Source of the DNA: Patescibacteria group bacterium
GTDB taxonomy: Bacteria; Patescibacteriota; Microgenomatia; UBA1400; PJMF01
Direction of reading: 5' to 3'
Assembly: GCA_016861085.1 (NCBI GenBank)
Contig: BOKR01000001.1
Location: forward strand, 323,271-387,270
DNA length: 64,000 nt
Made by a program: the position numbers and the translations under genes
Notes under the pieces: model-generated
What the model saw: the letters and a program-made list of their open reading frames with translations, nothing else
What the model was told of the DNA's origin: nothing
Databases searched by the model: none
Shown here: positions 30,566 through 40,281 of the stretch, piece after piece
Numbering within the stretch: the stretch's first letter is position 1
Layout: each line of letters opens with the position of its first letter

Positions 30566-31498
30566 TTAATGCTCGCTCTCGTGACTGTGTGTAGCCATAT
30601 TAAAGAAAACAAGTGAAAGCATTGAGAAAACCAGAGCCTGAATAAATCCTACAAAAAGTTCGAGACCATAAAATGGCATTGGAACAATTACAGGAAGAAG
30701 GAATGCCATAACTACCAAGAGTACTTCTCCAGCAAAAATGTTACCAAACAAACGGAATGCAAAGGAAATAATTTTAGCGAACTCTGAGACAATTTCGAGG
30801 ATTCCAACAAAGGTCATGATAGGGTTTGAAAAATTAAAGAATTTCTTGAAATATCCCAATTTAAGATATCTGACACCAAACACCTGGGTTATAAAGATAG
30901 AAATAATCGCTAGTGCAAGTGTTGTGTTGAGGTCTGCGGTACCTGGTCTAAATACTGGGACATATTTTGGACCTTCGGTTTCTTGCGCATGTTCTGTAGT
31001 AGCACCTTCTTCTGATTCTGGTGCTTCTGAAGTCACTTCTGACTCACTTGTGGGTTCAGCAACAACTTCTGATGCTTGAACTATCTTAACAAGTCCCGAA
31101 TGTTCTTCTACGGTTTCTGGTGCAATTTCGACTGCTTCTGCTTCTTCATGCTTTTCAACAATGCGGACTGTTCCAACGCCAGGAACGAGACCAAGCCAGT
31201 TATTTAGTAAAATCCAAAGAAAGAATGTGGCAATGAAAGGTAAAAAAAGACGGGTCTTTTTCAAGTCACCCGTTACTCCGTTTACAAGTCCGTGTAGAGC
31301 TTCAATAATAAATTCTGCAAAATTTTGAAGCCCAGTTGGTTTATTGGTCTTCTTAAGTTGTGAGTTGACAGTGAGTGCGAAGGCAATAAGGATTGCGCTA
31401 ACCACCATACTGGTAAACATTGAGTTGGTAATTACCAAATTTCCTACTGAGAACAGCTTTTCTGCTGAAATTGAGATGTGTAGTCCACTTGCTGACAT
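30566..31498 (-). CDS. atpB: ATP synthase Fo subunit a with acidic loop insertion
   Basis: NWLGLVPG, TADLNTT, FRLFGNIFAGE and IQA.VF. Confidence 0.96.
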   Translation of the reverse strand: MSASGLHISISAEKLFSVGNLVITNSMFTSMVVSAILIAFALTVNSQLKKTNKPTGLQNFAEFIIEALHGLVNGVTGDLKKTRLFLPFIATFFLWILLNNWLGLVPGVGTVRIVEKHEEAEAVEIAPETVEEHSGLVKIVQASEVVAEPTSESEVTSEAPESEEGATTEHAQETEGPKYVPVFRPGTADLNTTLALAIISIFITQVFGVRYLKLGYFKKFFNFSNPIMTFVGILEIVSEFAKIISFAFRLFGNIFAGEVLLVVMAFLLPVIVPMPFYGLELFVGFIQALVFSMLSLVFFNMATHSHESEH

Positions 31499-31625
31499 GT
31501 TTTGTTTCTTTATTTTTAAATACTTTTTTACTATTTAACCAATAAACAGAATGCACATTAAGTGCGCATTCACACCATGAATTATATCGTGCTTTGCTAC
31601 TAGAGCAAGTAACAAATTGTGCAAA

Positions 31626-33575
31626 TTAGTCAACTAACTGAGTCAATACTATAACGGCGTCGTATTTGTCTGCTGTATCCTCTGTATCGATTTCACTAGA
31701 GTATTCAAATGTAAGCTCAGTTGTTTCTTCAAGAAGTTTTTGTAATTCAGGGTTTTCTGCTTTCATAAGAAGTAGATTGGTTTCGTCTGCACCAGTTTCG
31801 TATTCACCTTTAGCATTTCCAGCAGTGACATCTGTAAACTCAGCATCAGTAAGCAATTTTTTTATAGTGCCCGCATATCCAGCTTTGGTAGTTGCATTGA
31901 CAATAAGAATTGAAAGTTCATCTTTTTTGATTTCAACGACTTCTGGGGTTGGCGTCGGGGTTGGTGTTGGGGCTGGAGTTTCAGTGACAACCGCAGGGGT
32001 AGTTTCTTCGGTTTTGTTTTCTGACATTTTCAACAACCCAAGTCCAACGCCTACACCAATTGCTATTGTTATGAAAAATACGGCCACAGTTATGAACACC
32101 ATCTTGAGCATGTTATTTACTCCTGATGAGTTCTTTATAACCTTTTTTTGTGTTTTGTCAAGATTTTTCTCTGGCAATGGAGTCCCTTTTATTTCGGTAT
32201 CAACAGCTAAGCCGTTCCCCTCATCTGTATCTTTACTTGCGAATTGGGAAAGATCAATTTCGTCATCAGATGATTCTTTTTTTGGTTCTTCAGCCGGAGT
32301 CTTATCAAGAGTAGCAGGTTTCTTTTCTAATGCTTCGTCAGCTTTTGTAGTAGTATCAATCTCAGGAATTGAAGGAAGTTCTACATCTGTTTCAGATTCT
32401 TTTGCTGGCTCTGTCTCAACTGTATTTGTGTCGGTGTCAAGGCTTTCTATTGGCTCAACCTTTTCAAGTTCTTTTTTCTGTTCTTCTGTCATAGATAAAC
32501 TCCCCGTATCTTTAGCTGCCATAGTTGCTGCAGGAGCGATTGGTGCAGGCAGATCTATTTTGGCAGGTTCAATTGTTTTACTACTACTTTGAGTTTCATT
32601 GTCTTCAGGTTCTGTTGTTGGTTCAACTTTTGTTGGAACAGGTAATGAAGTCTCTTCTACTTCATCCTCTTCTTCAGTATCTTCGACTTTTTTTTCTGGT
32701 TCCTTTGTTAAACTAAGCATGTCTTCTTCAGTTGCTTTTCCAACTTTAAATTGAGGAACTGGGAAATCTGGGATAGAAAGTGTCCTCATGGTGGATTCAA
32801 TAATATGTTTAATGTAAGAAGGCATCTTTGAATCATCCTCTTTGAAAGAGACAACCTGTTGAATTGGGAGTGTTCCAGAGAGTTTTTCTTTGATATCTTC
32901 TTCGACTAATGAACTTGAAGCCAAGTACACTGATTGAATAGAAGGTTCTGAACCTTTCAAAGTTTTGACTGTCTCTGCTATTGCGTCATAATCGTCCATT
33001 GGGAAATTATTTGTTTGATCAACACCAATATAGTGTAGGGCTGTATATAGTTGTGATCCCATTTGTAAGACACTGATAGAAGGTTCTAGTGAAATGATTG
33101 CTTTTACAGACCAGGTTAAGGGTGAAACTGCAGCGATTGTGGTTTCCGATTTTTTGGCAGCACCTCTAATTGGAGCAAGTACACTTTTTTCGATTGCTGA
33201 GATCTGGACTTTAGAGTTACCTTTAAAACTGGTCAGAACCGTTGTTTCAATTTCATGAGTGTCTTTGGAAAGTTGTAGATCGGGTAACAAAACTTTTGTG
33301 ACGTAATCGAGGACTTTTGTTTCTGAAGTGCCTTCAACGGTTACTATTGTATTTGTGAACAGAAAGTCCGGAAGAATAAGATGGTATTCTTCTTTTTCGA
33401 GTTTTGAAAATAATTTTTCAATACTTGTGGGGATTAGTTCGTTTTCGTCAATAAACTCACCATTAATTTGCCTAAAAGACTGGATAGTAAAGGTATACTC
33501 TTTTTTTGCTGGAAGCAATTCAGCAATGTATGCGAGATCAGGTAATATGTAGAGCAATTTTTTTGTGTTAAGCAT
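31626..33575 (-). CDS. Membrane protein: N-terminal globular domain, acidic linker, TM segment, LytR C-terminal domain
   Basis: C-terminal I.IVNAT.KAGYAG...L...F....GNA...D.VIVL after a TM segment and a PT repeat. Confidence 0.75.
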   Translation of the reverse strand: MLNTKKLLYILPDLAYIAELLPAKKEYTFTIQSFRQINGEFIDENELIPTSIEKLFSKLEKEEYHLILPDFLFTNTIVTVEGTSETKVLDYVTKVLLPDLQLSKDTHEIETTVLTSFKGNSKVQISAIEKSVLAPIRGAAKKSETTIAAVSPLTWSVKAIISLEPSISVLQMGSQLYTALHYIGVDQTNNFPMDDYDAIAETVKTLKGSEPSIQSVYLASSSLVEEDIKEKLSGTLPIQQVVSFKEDDSKMPSYIKHIIESTMRTLSIPDFPVPQFKVGKATEEDMLSLTKEPEKKVEDTEEEDEVEETSLPVPTKVEPTTEPEDNETQSSSKTIEPAKIDLPAPIAPAATMAAKDTGSLSMTEEQKKELEKVEPIESLDTDTNTVETEPAKESETDVELPSIPEIDTTTKADEALEKKPATLDKTPAEEPKKESSDDEIDLSQFASKDTDEGNGLAVDTEIKGTPLPEKNLDKTQKKVIKNSSGVNNMLKMVFITVAVFFITIAIGVGVGLGLLKMSENKTEETTPAVVTETPAPTPTPTPTPEVVEIKKDELSILIVNATTKAGYAGTIKKLLTDAEFTDVTAGNAKGEYETGADETNLLLMKAENPELQKLLEETTELTFEYSSEIDTEDTADKYDAVIVLTQLVD

Positions 33576-33694
33576 AAAATTCAATTATCACTATACAGTA
33601 TCTAAAAAAACTCGAGCTTTTGCAAGTCTTAGATATTTCACAGTTTTGTTTTATCTAGAGGTTTGATATAATATCCTCTCGTTACTGTTTGTGA

Positions 33695-33771
33695 GGGTCC
33701 GTAGCTCAGTCGGTTAGAGCGACAGCCTTTTAAGCTGTGCGTCCTGGGTTCGAGTCCCAGCGGACTCACCA
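33695..33771 (+). tRNA. tRNA-Lys(TTT) with encoded CCA
   Basis: GGGTCCG/CGGACTC-A-CCA acceptor and ACAGC-CT-TTT-AA-GCTGT anticodon arm. Confidence 0.96.
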
Positions 33772-33790
33772 ACTAAATAAAAAATAATAC

Positions 33791-34678
33791 TTAACCTCCA
33801 GGACATATACTTTCACAGGGCACTCCATCATCATCTCCATCTCTTGCAAAGCAACCACAGTTATTTAACTGGAAATACGCCTCTTCACAAGAATCCATGT
33901 TTGTACATGTTTTAGAACAATTACAGCTGTAATTATCCACACTTATTGGAGGAACTGTTGTTTGTTTTGGAATAGAAGTTGCCTTTGGAGTTGGTGTTGC
34001 AACCAAACAGGTATCACCCCATAGCCCTTTTTTCTTTTCCCTAGCTTGACGTTCTGATTCAGTAAAAACTGATTGATATTTTATATCAGGGGGGTAGGAA
34101 CTCGATTGTGCATAGCCCTCACTAACTAAAACATTATTTATAAAAGTATCGCCAACGTGCACATACCTTAATAGTCTGCCATATCTGTCAGTTTCACTCA
34201 CATCTTTTTCTAGACGAACTTCTTTGCCCTCAACCAATTCCTTGTTTTTCTTTGTAGCTTCTGCTGAAAAGCACTCAACGGGTTTACTTGGATGTACTGA
34301 CTCTGATGTGTCAATACCTATATATCTAACTTTTTTGCCACCTTCAATTTCAATTGTATCCCCATCAACAACTCTAGTTACTTTTACGGTTTCAAATTCT
34401 GACTGAATATTTTGATCTAGTTTACCTTCATCAATAAGTGTCACAACAGAGGTTTTGTTAGTGGATTCATCGGATTGAGCTCTTGTAGTATCTGCAAATG
34501 TTCCAATACCAAACAAAGAGAACAAAAATAAACTCAAGAAAAACAATGTGATTTGTTTTCTCGACCACTGTCTTTTAATGATTGATTGAAACCTTTCTTT
34601 TTTAATTACAAAAAAAAGCCAGAGAAAAGGGGTAACTAAAAATAGCAAAACAAACAAGTTCACAAGAAAATTTTTCAT
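33791..34678 (-). CDS. Thermonuclease (SNase) with Excalibur Ca-binding domain
   Basis: VVDGDT, VRYIGID..E, DRYGRLLRY and GLW. C-terminal C..M.SCEEA...RDGDDDGVPCE. Confidence 0.92.
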   Translation of the reverse strand: MKNFLVNLFVLLFLVTPFLWLFFVIKKERFQSIIKRQWSRKQITLFFLSLFLFSLFGIGTFADTTRAQSDESTNKTSVVTLIDEGKLDQNIQSEFETVKVTRVVDGDTIEIEGGKKVRYIGIDTSESVHPSKPVECFSAEATKKNKELVEGKEVRLEKDVSETDRYGRLLRYVHVGDTFINNVLVSEGYAQSSSYPPDIKYQSVFTESERQAREKKKGLWGDTCLVATPTPKATSIPKQTTVPPISVDNYSCNCSKTCTNMDSCEEAYFQLNNCGCFARDGDDDGVPCESICPGG

Positions 34679-34764
34679 ATTATTTGATAGTCTAAACCCG
34701 GAATGCAATGAAGACAATGTTACCTTGAATGTCTTTTGATATAATCAGCAGACTAATTTTAAAA

Positions 34765-35628
34765 ATGAAACATTCAGAACAAAGACCAGGGGTGTTGGTA
34801 TTCCTTCTTGCAGAAAAGATCACAAGACTTGATTCTTTTTTTTCAGTTTTTTCAAGCAACCTGAATATTGTTGCTTTTTTAGAGCAAAACAGACAGGCTG
34901 TATATTCCGAAATTGCATATCGATTACAAACTGGTAGGAAGAGTGAAAATTTTGGTTCTTTCGAGCCACTACTAGATCAAGCACAAAACTATCTCCAAAG
35001 AGATACTCCAAGTCAAGAGGATTTGTCAGGGTCAAGTGGCATAAAAAAAATCGGAGCCATAACAAGAAAATTTAATAGTCAGAGACGTGCTGTTAAAACA
35101 GTCATTGAGGTAGTGCAGATGCACGGCACTGATTGGATTCCAATTGAATTCAAACGCAAGGTTGCATTTAGTGTTTTGGCGCTACCAATAATGTTTGTTG
35201 TGTATGAGTCAATGCGTGCTTCAATAATTGCAGCACTTCTTGATTCTGGTATTGAAGACATTACACAATTTCTTTTAGGTTTATATGCGATTGTTTCAGT
35301 TACTGGGTTCATCCAAGAACAGCGGACTCTACAGCATGATGATGCTTTAGTATTCAACCCATACAGCAACCTTTTTTCTTTAGGTCTGTCACCAAGGTTG
35401 TCTGGGATTTTTTCTAGAGCTCCCAGACACCTATTTGAGTTGAGTGCAGTTTTAAGTGCTTTTGTTACAGAAAGTAAATTCCATACTGGTATTTTAGCTC
35501 CTGTTTTATCAGCTGTAGTAGCAGCGATGATCTGGAGTGGTACTGACATAGTGTTTAATTTTTCGCAACAAAAAAACCAAGAGAGAAAAAAAAGCAATAG
35601 TGTGTATAATCCGATTAGTAACGTGTAA
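34765..35628 (+). CDS. Hypothetical membrane protein
   Basis: Long ORF with about 4 C-terminal hydrophobic segments. Confidence 0.6.
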   Translation: MKHSEQRPGVLVFLLAEKITRLDSFFSVFSSNLNIVAFLEQNRQAVYSEIAYRLQTGRKSENFGSFEPLLDQAQNYLQRDTPSQEDLSGSSGIKKIGAITRKFNSQRRAVKTVIEVVQMHGTDWIPIEFKRKVAFSVLALPIMFVVYESMRASIIAALLDSGIEDITQFLLGLYAIVSVTGFIQEQRTLQHDDALVFNPYSNLFSLGLSPRLSGIFSRAPRHLFELSAVLSAFVTESKFHTGILAPVLSAVVAAMIWSGTDIVFNFSQQKNQERKKSNSVYNPISNV

Positions 35629-35643
35629 TAAGGAGGATTACAT

Positions 35644-36063
35644 ATGAAAAGATATGTAGGATTTAGTAGCATTGAAGCAGAGTTTGGTTATCCATCATTA
35701 GCAGATATTGGGGTAATGGAAACACACTACCCTTATCAACATGAAAAACTATCGGATGCAATGCAACGTTTGCAAACAAAGTTTCAGGTGTTACAAAATG
35801 AGTTAGCTGAGTTTTCTAAGGAAAAGTCAGGTTCAAGGTGGCAAATATTGGGTAGACCAAAGATCACCCAAGCAGAAAGACAACCATTTTTGGACAGAAT
35901 TTTGGCATTAAAAGATGAGTTACACGCACACTATCAAACAGCAAGTGGATCTGAGAAGAGGAAAATAATTGATTGGTTAATCTACATGCAGTCTATTATG
36001 TATGGACAATTAAAACTACGCAGAGGAAACTTTACTCGTGGTTTAAATGCTAAACACAAGTAA
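35644..36063 (+). CDS. Hypothetical helical protein
   Basis: AAGGAGG SD upstream of the ATG. Confidence 0.65.
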   Translation: MKRYVGFSSIEAEFGYPSLADIGVMETHYPYQHEKLSDAMQRLQTKFQVLQNELAEFSKEKSGSRWQILGRPKITQAERQPFLDRILALKDELHAHYQTASGSEKRKIIDWLIYMQSIMYGQLKLRRGNFTRGLNAKHK

Positions 36064-36072
36064 TTATTAACT

Positions 36073-36933
36073 ATGCCTGAGTTGCCGGAAGTCGAAACCA
36101 TTGCGCGTCGATTACGTGAGATTTTAATTAAAAAAACTATCACAAGTGTCACAATAGTAAAAGAAAAAAGTTTTCAAGGAGATCCACAAAAAATAGTTGG
36201 ATTGCCAATTTTAGATGTTAGTAGGCGTGCAAAATTAATTAAATTCCACCTACCTAATGGTTTACATTTGCTCGCCCATTTGAAAATGACCGGCCAATTT
36301 ATTTTTGTGGCAGCGGATGGTTCCCGACTAGGTGGTGGTCACCCTACAGATGACTGGATTTCACAGCTACCAAGTAAACATACTCGAGTCATTTTTGAAT
36401 TGCAAGATTCTGAAGGAAAAGCACATCATTTATTTTTTAATGACCAAAGGATTTTTGGTTGGATAAAAGTAGTCACAGATCAAGAAGTTGAGGCAGAATT
36501 TAGAAAATATGGTCCTGATATCCATACTCTGGATGCTTCCTTGAAATATTTTACCCAAAAGATATCAAAAACAAACCGGAAAATAAAACAAGTAATTATG
36601 GACAATTCTATAGTTTCAGGTGTGGGTAACATTTATGCCTGTGATGGTTTAAATACAGCATGTATTCACCCTGCTAGACGGGCTAGTTCCCTTACTCCTG
36701 AGGAAGTAAAAAAGTTACTGCACGCGCTAAAACAGGTAATAGTGTTAGGAATCAAATTGGGTGGTGCAACTATTGATCATTACAGAACTGTTGATGGATT
36801 TGCTGGAAAATACCAGGATCATGTACGTGTGTATGGTCGCGAAGGCGAACAGTGTAAAAATTGTGGCGGAACAATAAAAAAGATGCAACTTGGTGGACGA
36901 GGAACATACTATTGCCAGAACTGCCAAATATAA
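36073..36933 (+). CDS. mutM: Formamidopyrimidine-DNA glycosylase
   Basis: MPELPEVE, HLKMTG, GVGNIY and a C-terminal CxxC..R.T.YC..CQ zinc finger. Confidence 0.97.
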   Translation: MPELPEVETIARRLREILIKKTITSVTIVKEKSFQGDPQKIVGLPILDVSRRAKLIKFHLPNGLHLLAHLKMTGQFIFVAADGSRLGGGHPTDDWISQLPSKHTRVIFELQDSEGKAHHLFFNDQRIFGWIKVVTDQEVEAEFRKYGPDIHTLDASLKYFTQKISKTNRKIKQVIMDNSIVSGVGNIYACDGLNTACIHPARRASSLTPEEVKKLLHALKQVIVLGIKLGGATIDHYRTVDGFAGKYQDHVRVYGREGEQCKNCGGTIKKMQLGGRGTYYCQNCQI

Positions 36934-36950
36934 TATATTGATACCTACTT

Positions 36951-38351
36951 ATGCAAACACTAAAAACAGATCTGTTGGTATATGTCTTTAACGTTATTGA
37001 AGATGAGTGGTCATTTGTTAGTTCAATCACAGATCCAATTAAGAGATTTGGCTACATTAGTGAATCTGAAGATGCTGCTGATGCGTATTTTCTTTCACAA
37101 GCTACAGAGAAAGAGTTTGTATACATTTCTCCTAAGCCAATTCCAGAGGAATTCGTTGAATACGCAAAGCAAAATTTTAATTTTTCTAACGCAGAAGTAC
37201 TTGTTCCGAGCATGAGGTCACACTTAATTTGTGAAGATCTAGTTGATGATTCAAGGACATTCATGTCTTTGGTGAGCAAGGCAAAACAGTATAGCCGGGT
37301 CGTGCTTACAAGCTATTCGGCAAGTCATCAATTATATGACCTAAAAGAGTCATTAGAAAAGTTGGGTATCTCAGTGTATTTGCCTGAGGCTCCGGATTTA
37401 GAAGAGGTTTGGACTGTTAATTTTTTTGGTAGTAAATCTGGAATTCGACAGTTGGCTCAAAAAAGTCAAACGAAAGAACCTGACTTTGTAATGCCAGAGG
37501 GAATTATCTGTGTTGGTCGTGAAGATGCTGCAAAGATAGCGGCTAGTAAATATATTAAGCAAAAGGGTGTGGTGATAAAGACGAATAAAGGCAGTGGTGG
37601 AAGTGGCGTGCTTATTTTTAGAGAAGGTGAACTTCCTACAGAATATGAGGCTTGTGAAAAAATTATTTTAGAGCAGATGAGCGAAGACCGATATTGGGAT
37701 CAGTTCCCAATTGTAATAGAAGATCTTATTAGTATTAACCATGCAGTAGCGAGTGGATTTCCAAATGTTGAATTCAAAATCCATAAAAACGGTAGGATTG
37801 AAATGTTGTATGTTTGTGCTTGCCAAGTTACTCCCAAGGGCAAGTTCTTTGGAATTGATATCAATGAAGATATTATTAATGATCGATTGCAAACAAAGCT
37901 TGAAGATACTGGTTATTTTATCGCAGAGCAATACAGAGCTGCTGGATATCGAGGACATTTTGATATTGATTTAATGATGGCCAAGAGTGGTGTTTTATAT
38001 GTCTGTGAATCAAATACCAGAAACACTGGTGGGACCGATACATACAAAATAGTACGAAGACTTATAGGAAAAGAATTTATGGATGAGGTGTATTCTATGT
38101 CTAGAAGCCGTCCAGAATGGTTTGCAAAAAATGGTCAGACTTTTGCACAAGTCATCGAAAAGCTTAAACCAATTTTATTTGATAAGAAGAAAAAAACTGG
38201 AGTTATTATTAATTCACACAACAGTATTCCCGATGGTAAATTGATTTATACGATTATAGAAAAAGATAAAAAAAAGGCATACCAAATGGAGAAAAATCTC
38301 ATATTGTTGCTTGGTGACCTTAAAAATTTGGGTCCAGAATTCAGTGTGTAA
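36951..38351 (+). CDS. ATP-grasp fold ligase
   Basis: VIK...GSGGSGV, IVIED, GYRGHFDID and ESNTRNTGGT. Confidence 0.8.
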   Translation: MQTLKTDLLVYVFNVIEDEWSFVSSITDPIKRFGYISESEDAADAYFLSQATEKEFVYISPKPIPEEFVEYAKQNFNFSNAEVLVPSMRSHLICEDLVDDSRTFMSLVSKAKQYSRVVLTSYSASHQLYDLKESLEKLGISVYLPEAPDLEEVWTVNFFGSKSGIRQLAQKSQTKEPDFVMPEGIICVGREDAAKIAASKYIKQKGVVIKTNKGSGGSGVLIFREGELPTEYEACEKIILEQMSEDRYWDQFPIVIEDLISINHAVASGFPNVEFKIHKNGRIEMLYVCACQVTPKGKFFGIDINEDIINDRLQTKLEDTGYFIAEQYRAAGYRGHFDIDLMMAKSGVLYVCESNTRNTGGTDTYKIVRRLIGKEFMDEVYSMSRSRPEWFAKNGQTFAQVIEKLKPILFDKKKKTGVIINSHNSIPDGKLIYTIIEKDKKKAYQMEKNLILLLGDLKNLGPEFSV

Positions 38352-38361
38352 TTTTTAACAA

Positions 38362-39282
38362 TTACAAAAACCTTTTTAAAGTATTTGCGGCCGTTTGTAG
38401 TTTTTGTTTTTCATCCCAGGAAAGTTTGATTTCAAGTGTCCGCTCTACTCCACTTCTCCCAACGACACAGGGAACACTCAATGCTATTCCGCTAATGTCA
38501 TGATATTGGTGTAATGGAACTGAAACAGGCAAAATTGACTTTGCGTCTGTGAGGATTTTTTTGACAATGTGAGCAACAACTGCTCCAATTGCATAATATG
38601 TTGCCCCTTTTGATGCAATAATTTTGTATGCAGCATTTCTAGCTGCCAAGTATGCTTTCTCTGCTCTATCCTCTGAAAATCCAGGTAAAGTTGCAAGCGG
38701 TTGGCCACCTACGGTTGCGCTTGAAATTGCTGGGAACGAATGATCTCCGTGTTCTCCAAGAATATAGGCATGAATACTTTTTGGATTTAGTTTTAAAAAT
38801 TCTGACAAATGAAACCGAAATCTGGCTGTATCTAAAGTTGTGCCAGAACCAAAGATACGACCTTTAGGCAGACCAGCTATTTGGTATGCACGATACGTCA
38901 AGATATCTACCGGATTGGTGACAATTAAAATCACTGCCTCTGGTGCATGAGCAACGATTTTGGGAATAGTTTCATCAATGATACTAATGTTTTTTTGAGC
39001 TAGATCTAATCTAGTATCTCCAGGTTTTTGCGCTGCTCCAGCGGTGAAAATGACAACATCACTGTTTTTGATATCTTTGTAATCTTCGGTTGAGTCAATT
39101 CGCACGTGGTGTAAAAAACTGAGCCCATGCTCTAAGTCAAGTTGTTCACCAACTATTTTTGATTTGTCTCTACCGACTAAAAGTAACTCATTAATAGTGC
39201 CATCGTGAACTAAAGAGTACGCAGCAGTCATACCTACTTTTCCACAGCCAATGATAGAAACTTTATATCCACCGTTTTTCAT
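38362..39282 (-). CDS. ldh: L-lactate dehydrogenase
   Basis: GCGKVG, AGAAQKPGDTRLDL (Gln specificity residue), GTTLDTARFR, GEHGD and KGATYY. Confidence 0.95.
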   Translation of the reverse strand: MKNGGYKVSIIGCGKVGMTAAYSLVHDGTINELLLVGRDKSKIVGEQLDLEHGLSFLHHVRIDSTEDYKDIKNSDVVIFTAGAAQKPGDTRLDLAQKNISIIDETIPKIVAHAPEAVILIVTNPVDILTYRAYQIAGLPKGRIFGSGTTLDTARFRFHLSEFLKLNPKSIHAYILGEHGDHSFPAISSATVGGQPLATLPGFSEDRAEKAYLAARNAAYKIIASKGATYYAIGAVVAHIVKKILTDAKSILPVSVPLHQYHDISGIALSVPCVVGRSGVERTLEIKLSWDEKQKLQTAANTLKRFL

Positions 39283-40271
39283 ACTTGTCTTTTCAACTCT
39301 CTTTGTAAGCTTACTACTTTTTTAATTTGTATTTCAAGGGATTTCTGGTCTAAATGGTAATGCTTAAGTAGTTCGTTCCCATCACCTGATTGGCCAAATG
39401 TATCGGGTACTCCCATAGTAACTGCAGGAACACTTAAAAGTGTTGGGTCATAGGTAGCTACAGCTTCAAGGATTGCTGACCCTAATCCACCTGCTATTTG
39501 GTGTTCTTCAATAGTTATGAGAGCTCTTGTTTTTTTGAGTGATTTGAATAGTGTTTGTGTATCAAGTGGCTTGATAGTATGCATGTTAATCACTTCTACA
39601 CAGATACTTTTTTCGCCGCCTAAACCAGAACACAGTTTTTGAGCAGCTGCAATAGCAATTGAAACCATATTACCACAGGCGACGACCGTTATATCACTAC
39701 CCTCATTCATTATTCTAGCTTTTCCGATTTTGAATGGTTCATTAATTTTAGTAAGTCTTGGGGTTTTAAATTTTCCGATTCTTAAATAACATGGCCCAAC
39801 ATGTTTAGCTATTGCATGGGTAGCTTGGCGCGACTCTTCTTCATCAGCAGGCACAATCACTGTCATATTTGGCAAGACCCGCATAGTGGCGATATCTTCA
39901 AGGGCCTGGTGAGTCGCGCCATCTTCTCCGGTAGTGATACCCGCGTGTCCGCCTATTAATTTGACATTCGCATTTGAGTAGCACACACTTGCCCGAGTTG
40001 GGCCAAGTGCATTATTGACAATAAAAACCGAATAACTACACGCAAAAGGAATTTTCTTTTCAAGGGATAGGCCGGTAGCAACGCCCACCATATTTTCTTC
40101 TTGAACTCCCATTTCTAAAAAACGTTCGGGAAATTCCGCTTTAAACCAATGCGTTCTCATTGATTCTGTTAGATCAGCACATAACACGACGACTTGGACA
40201 TTCTCTTGACCTAATTCTACGAGTGCTTTTCCAAATCCATCTCTGGTAGTTCCAAATTTTTGTTCTGTCAT
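39279..40271 (-). CDS. Transketolase C-terminal subunit
   Basis: GEDGATHQ, IKPLD and EEHQ..GGLG. Confidence 0.93.
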   Translation of the reverse strand: MTEQKFGTTRDGFGKALVELGQENVQVVVLCADLTESMRTHWFKAEFPERFLEMGVQEENMVGVATGLSLEKKIPFACSYSVFIVNNALGPTRASVCYSNANVKLIGGHAGITTGEDGATHQALEDIATMRVLPNMTVIVPADEEESRQATHAIAKHVGPCYLRIGKFKTPRLTKINEPFKIGKARIMNEGSDITVVACGNMVSIAIAAAQKLCSGLGGEKSICVEVINMHTIKPLDTQTLFKSLKKTRALITIEEHQIAGGLGSAILEAVATYDPTLLSVPAVTMGVPDTFGQSGDGNELLKHYHLDQKSLEIQIKKVVSLQRELKRQV

Positions 40272-40281
40272 CTTTTTTGAT

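Noticed and set aside
31666-32592. 308-aa plus-strand ORF
   Set aside because: It is the antisense shadow of the low-complexity LytR_C protein. The Ser/Val/Phe bias mirrors Glu/Thr/Lys codons.
33772-36063. Possible island integrated at tRNA-Lys
   Set aside because: There is no integrase, and I saw no repeat of the tRNA 3' end. Only a nuclease and two orphans are present.
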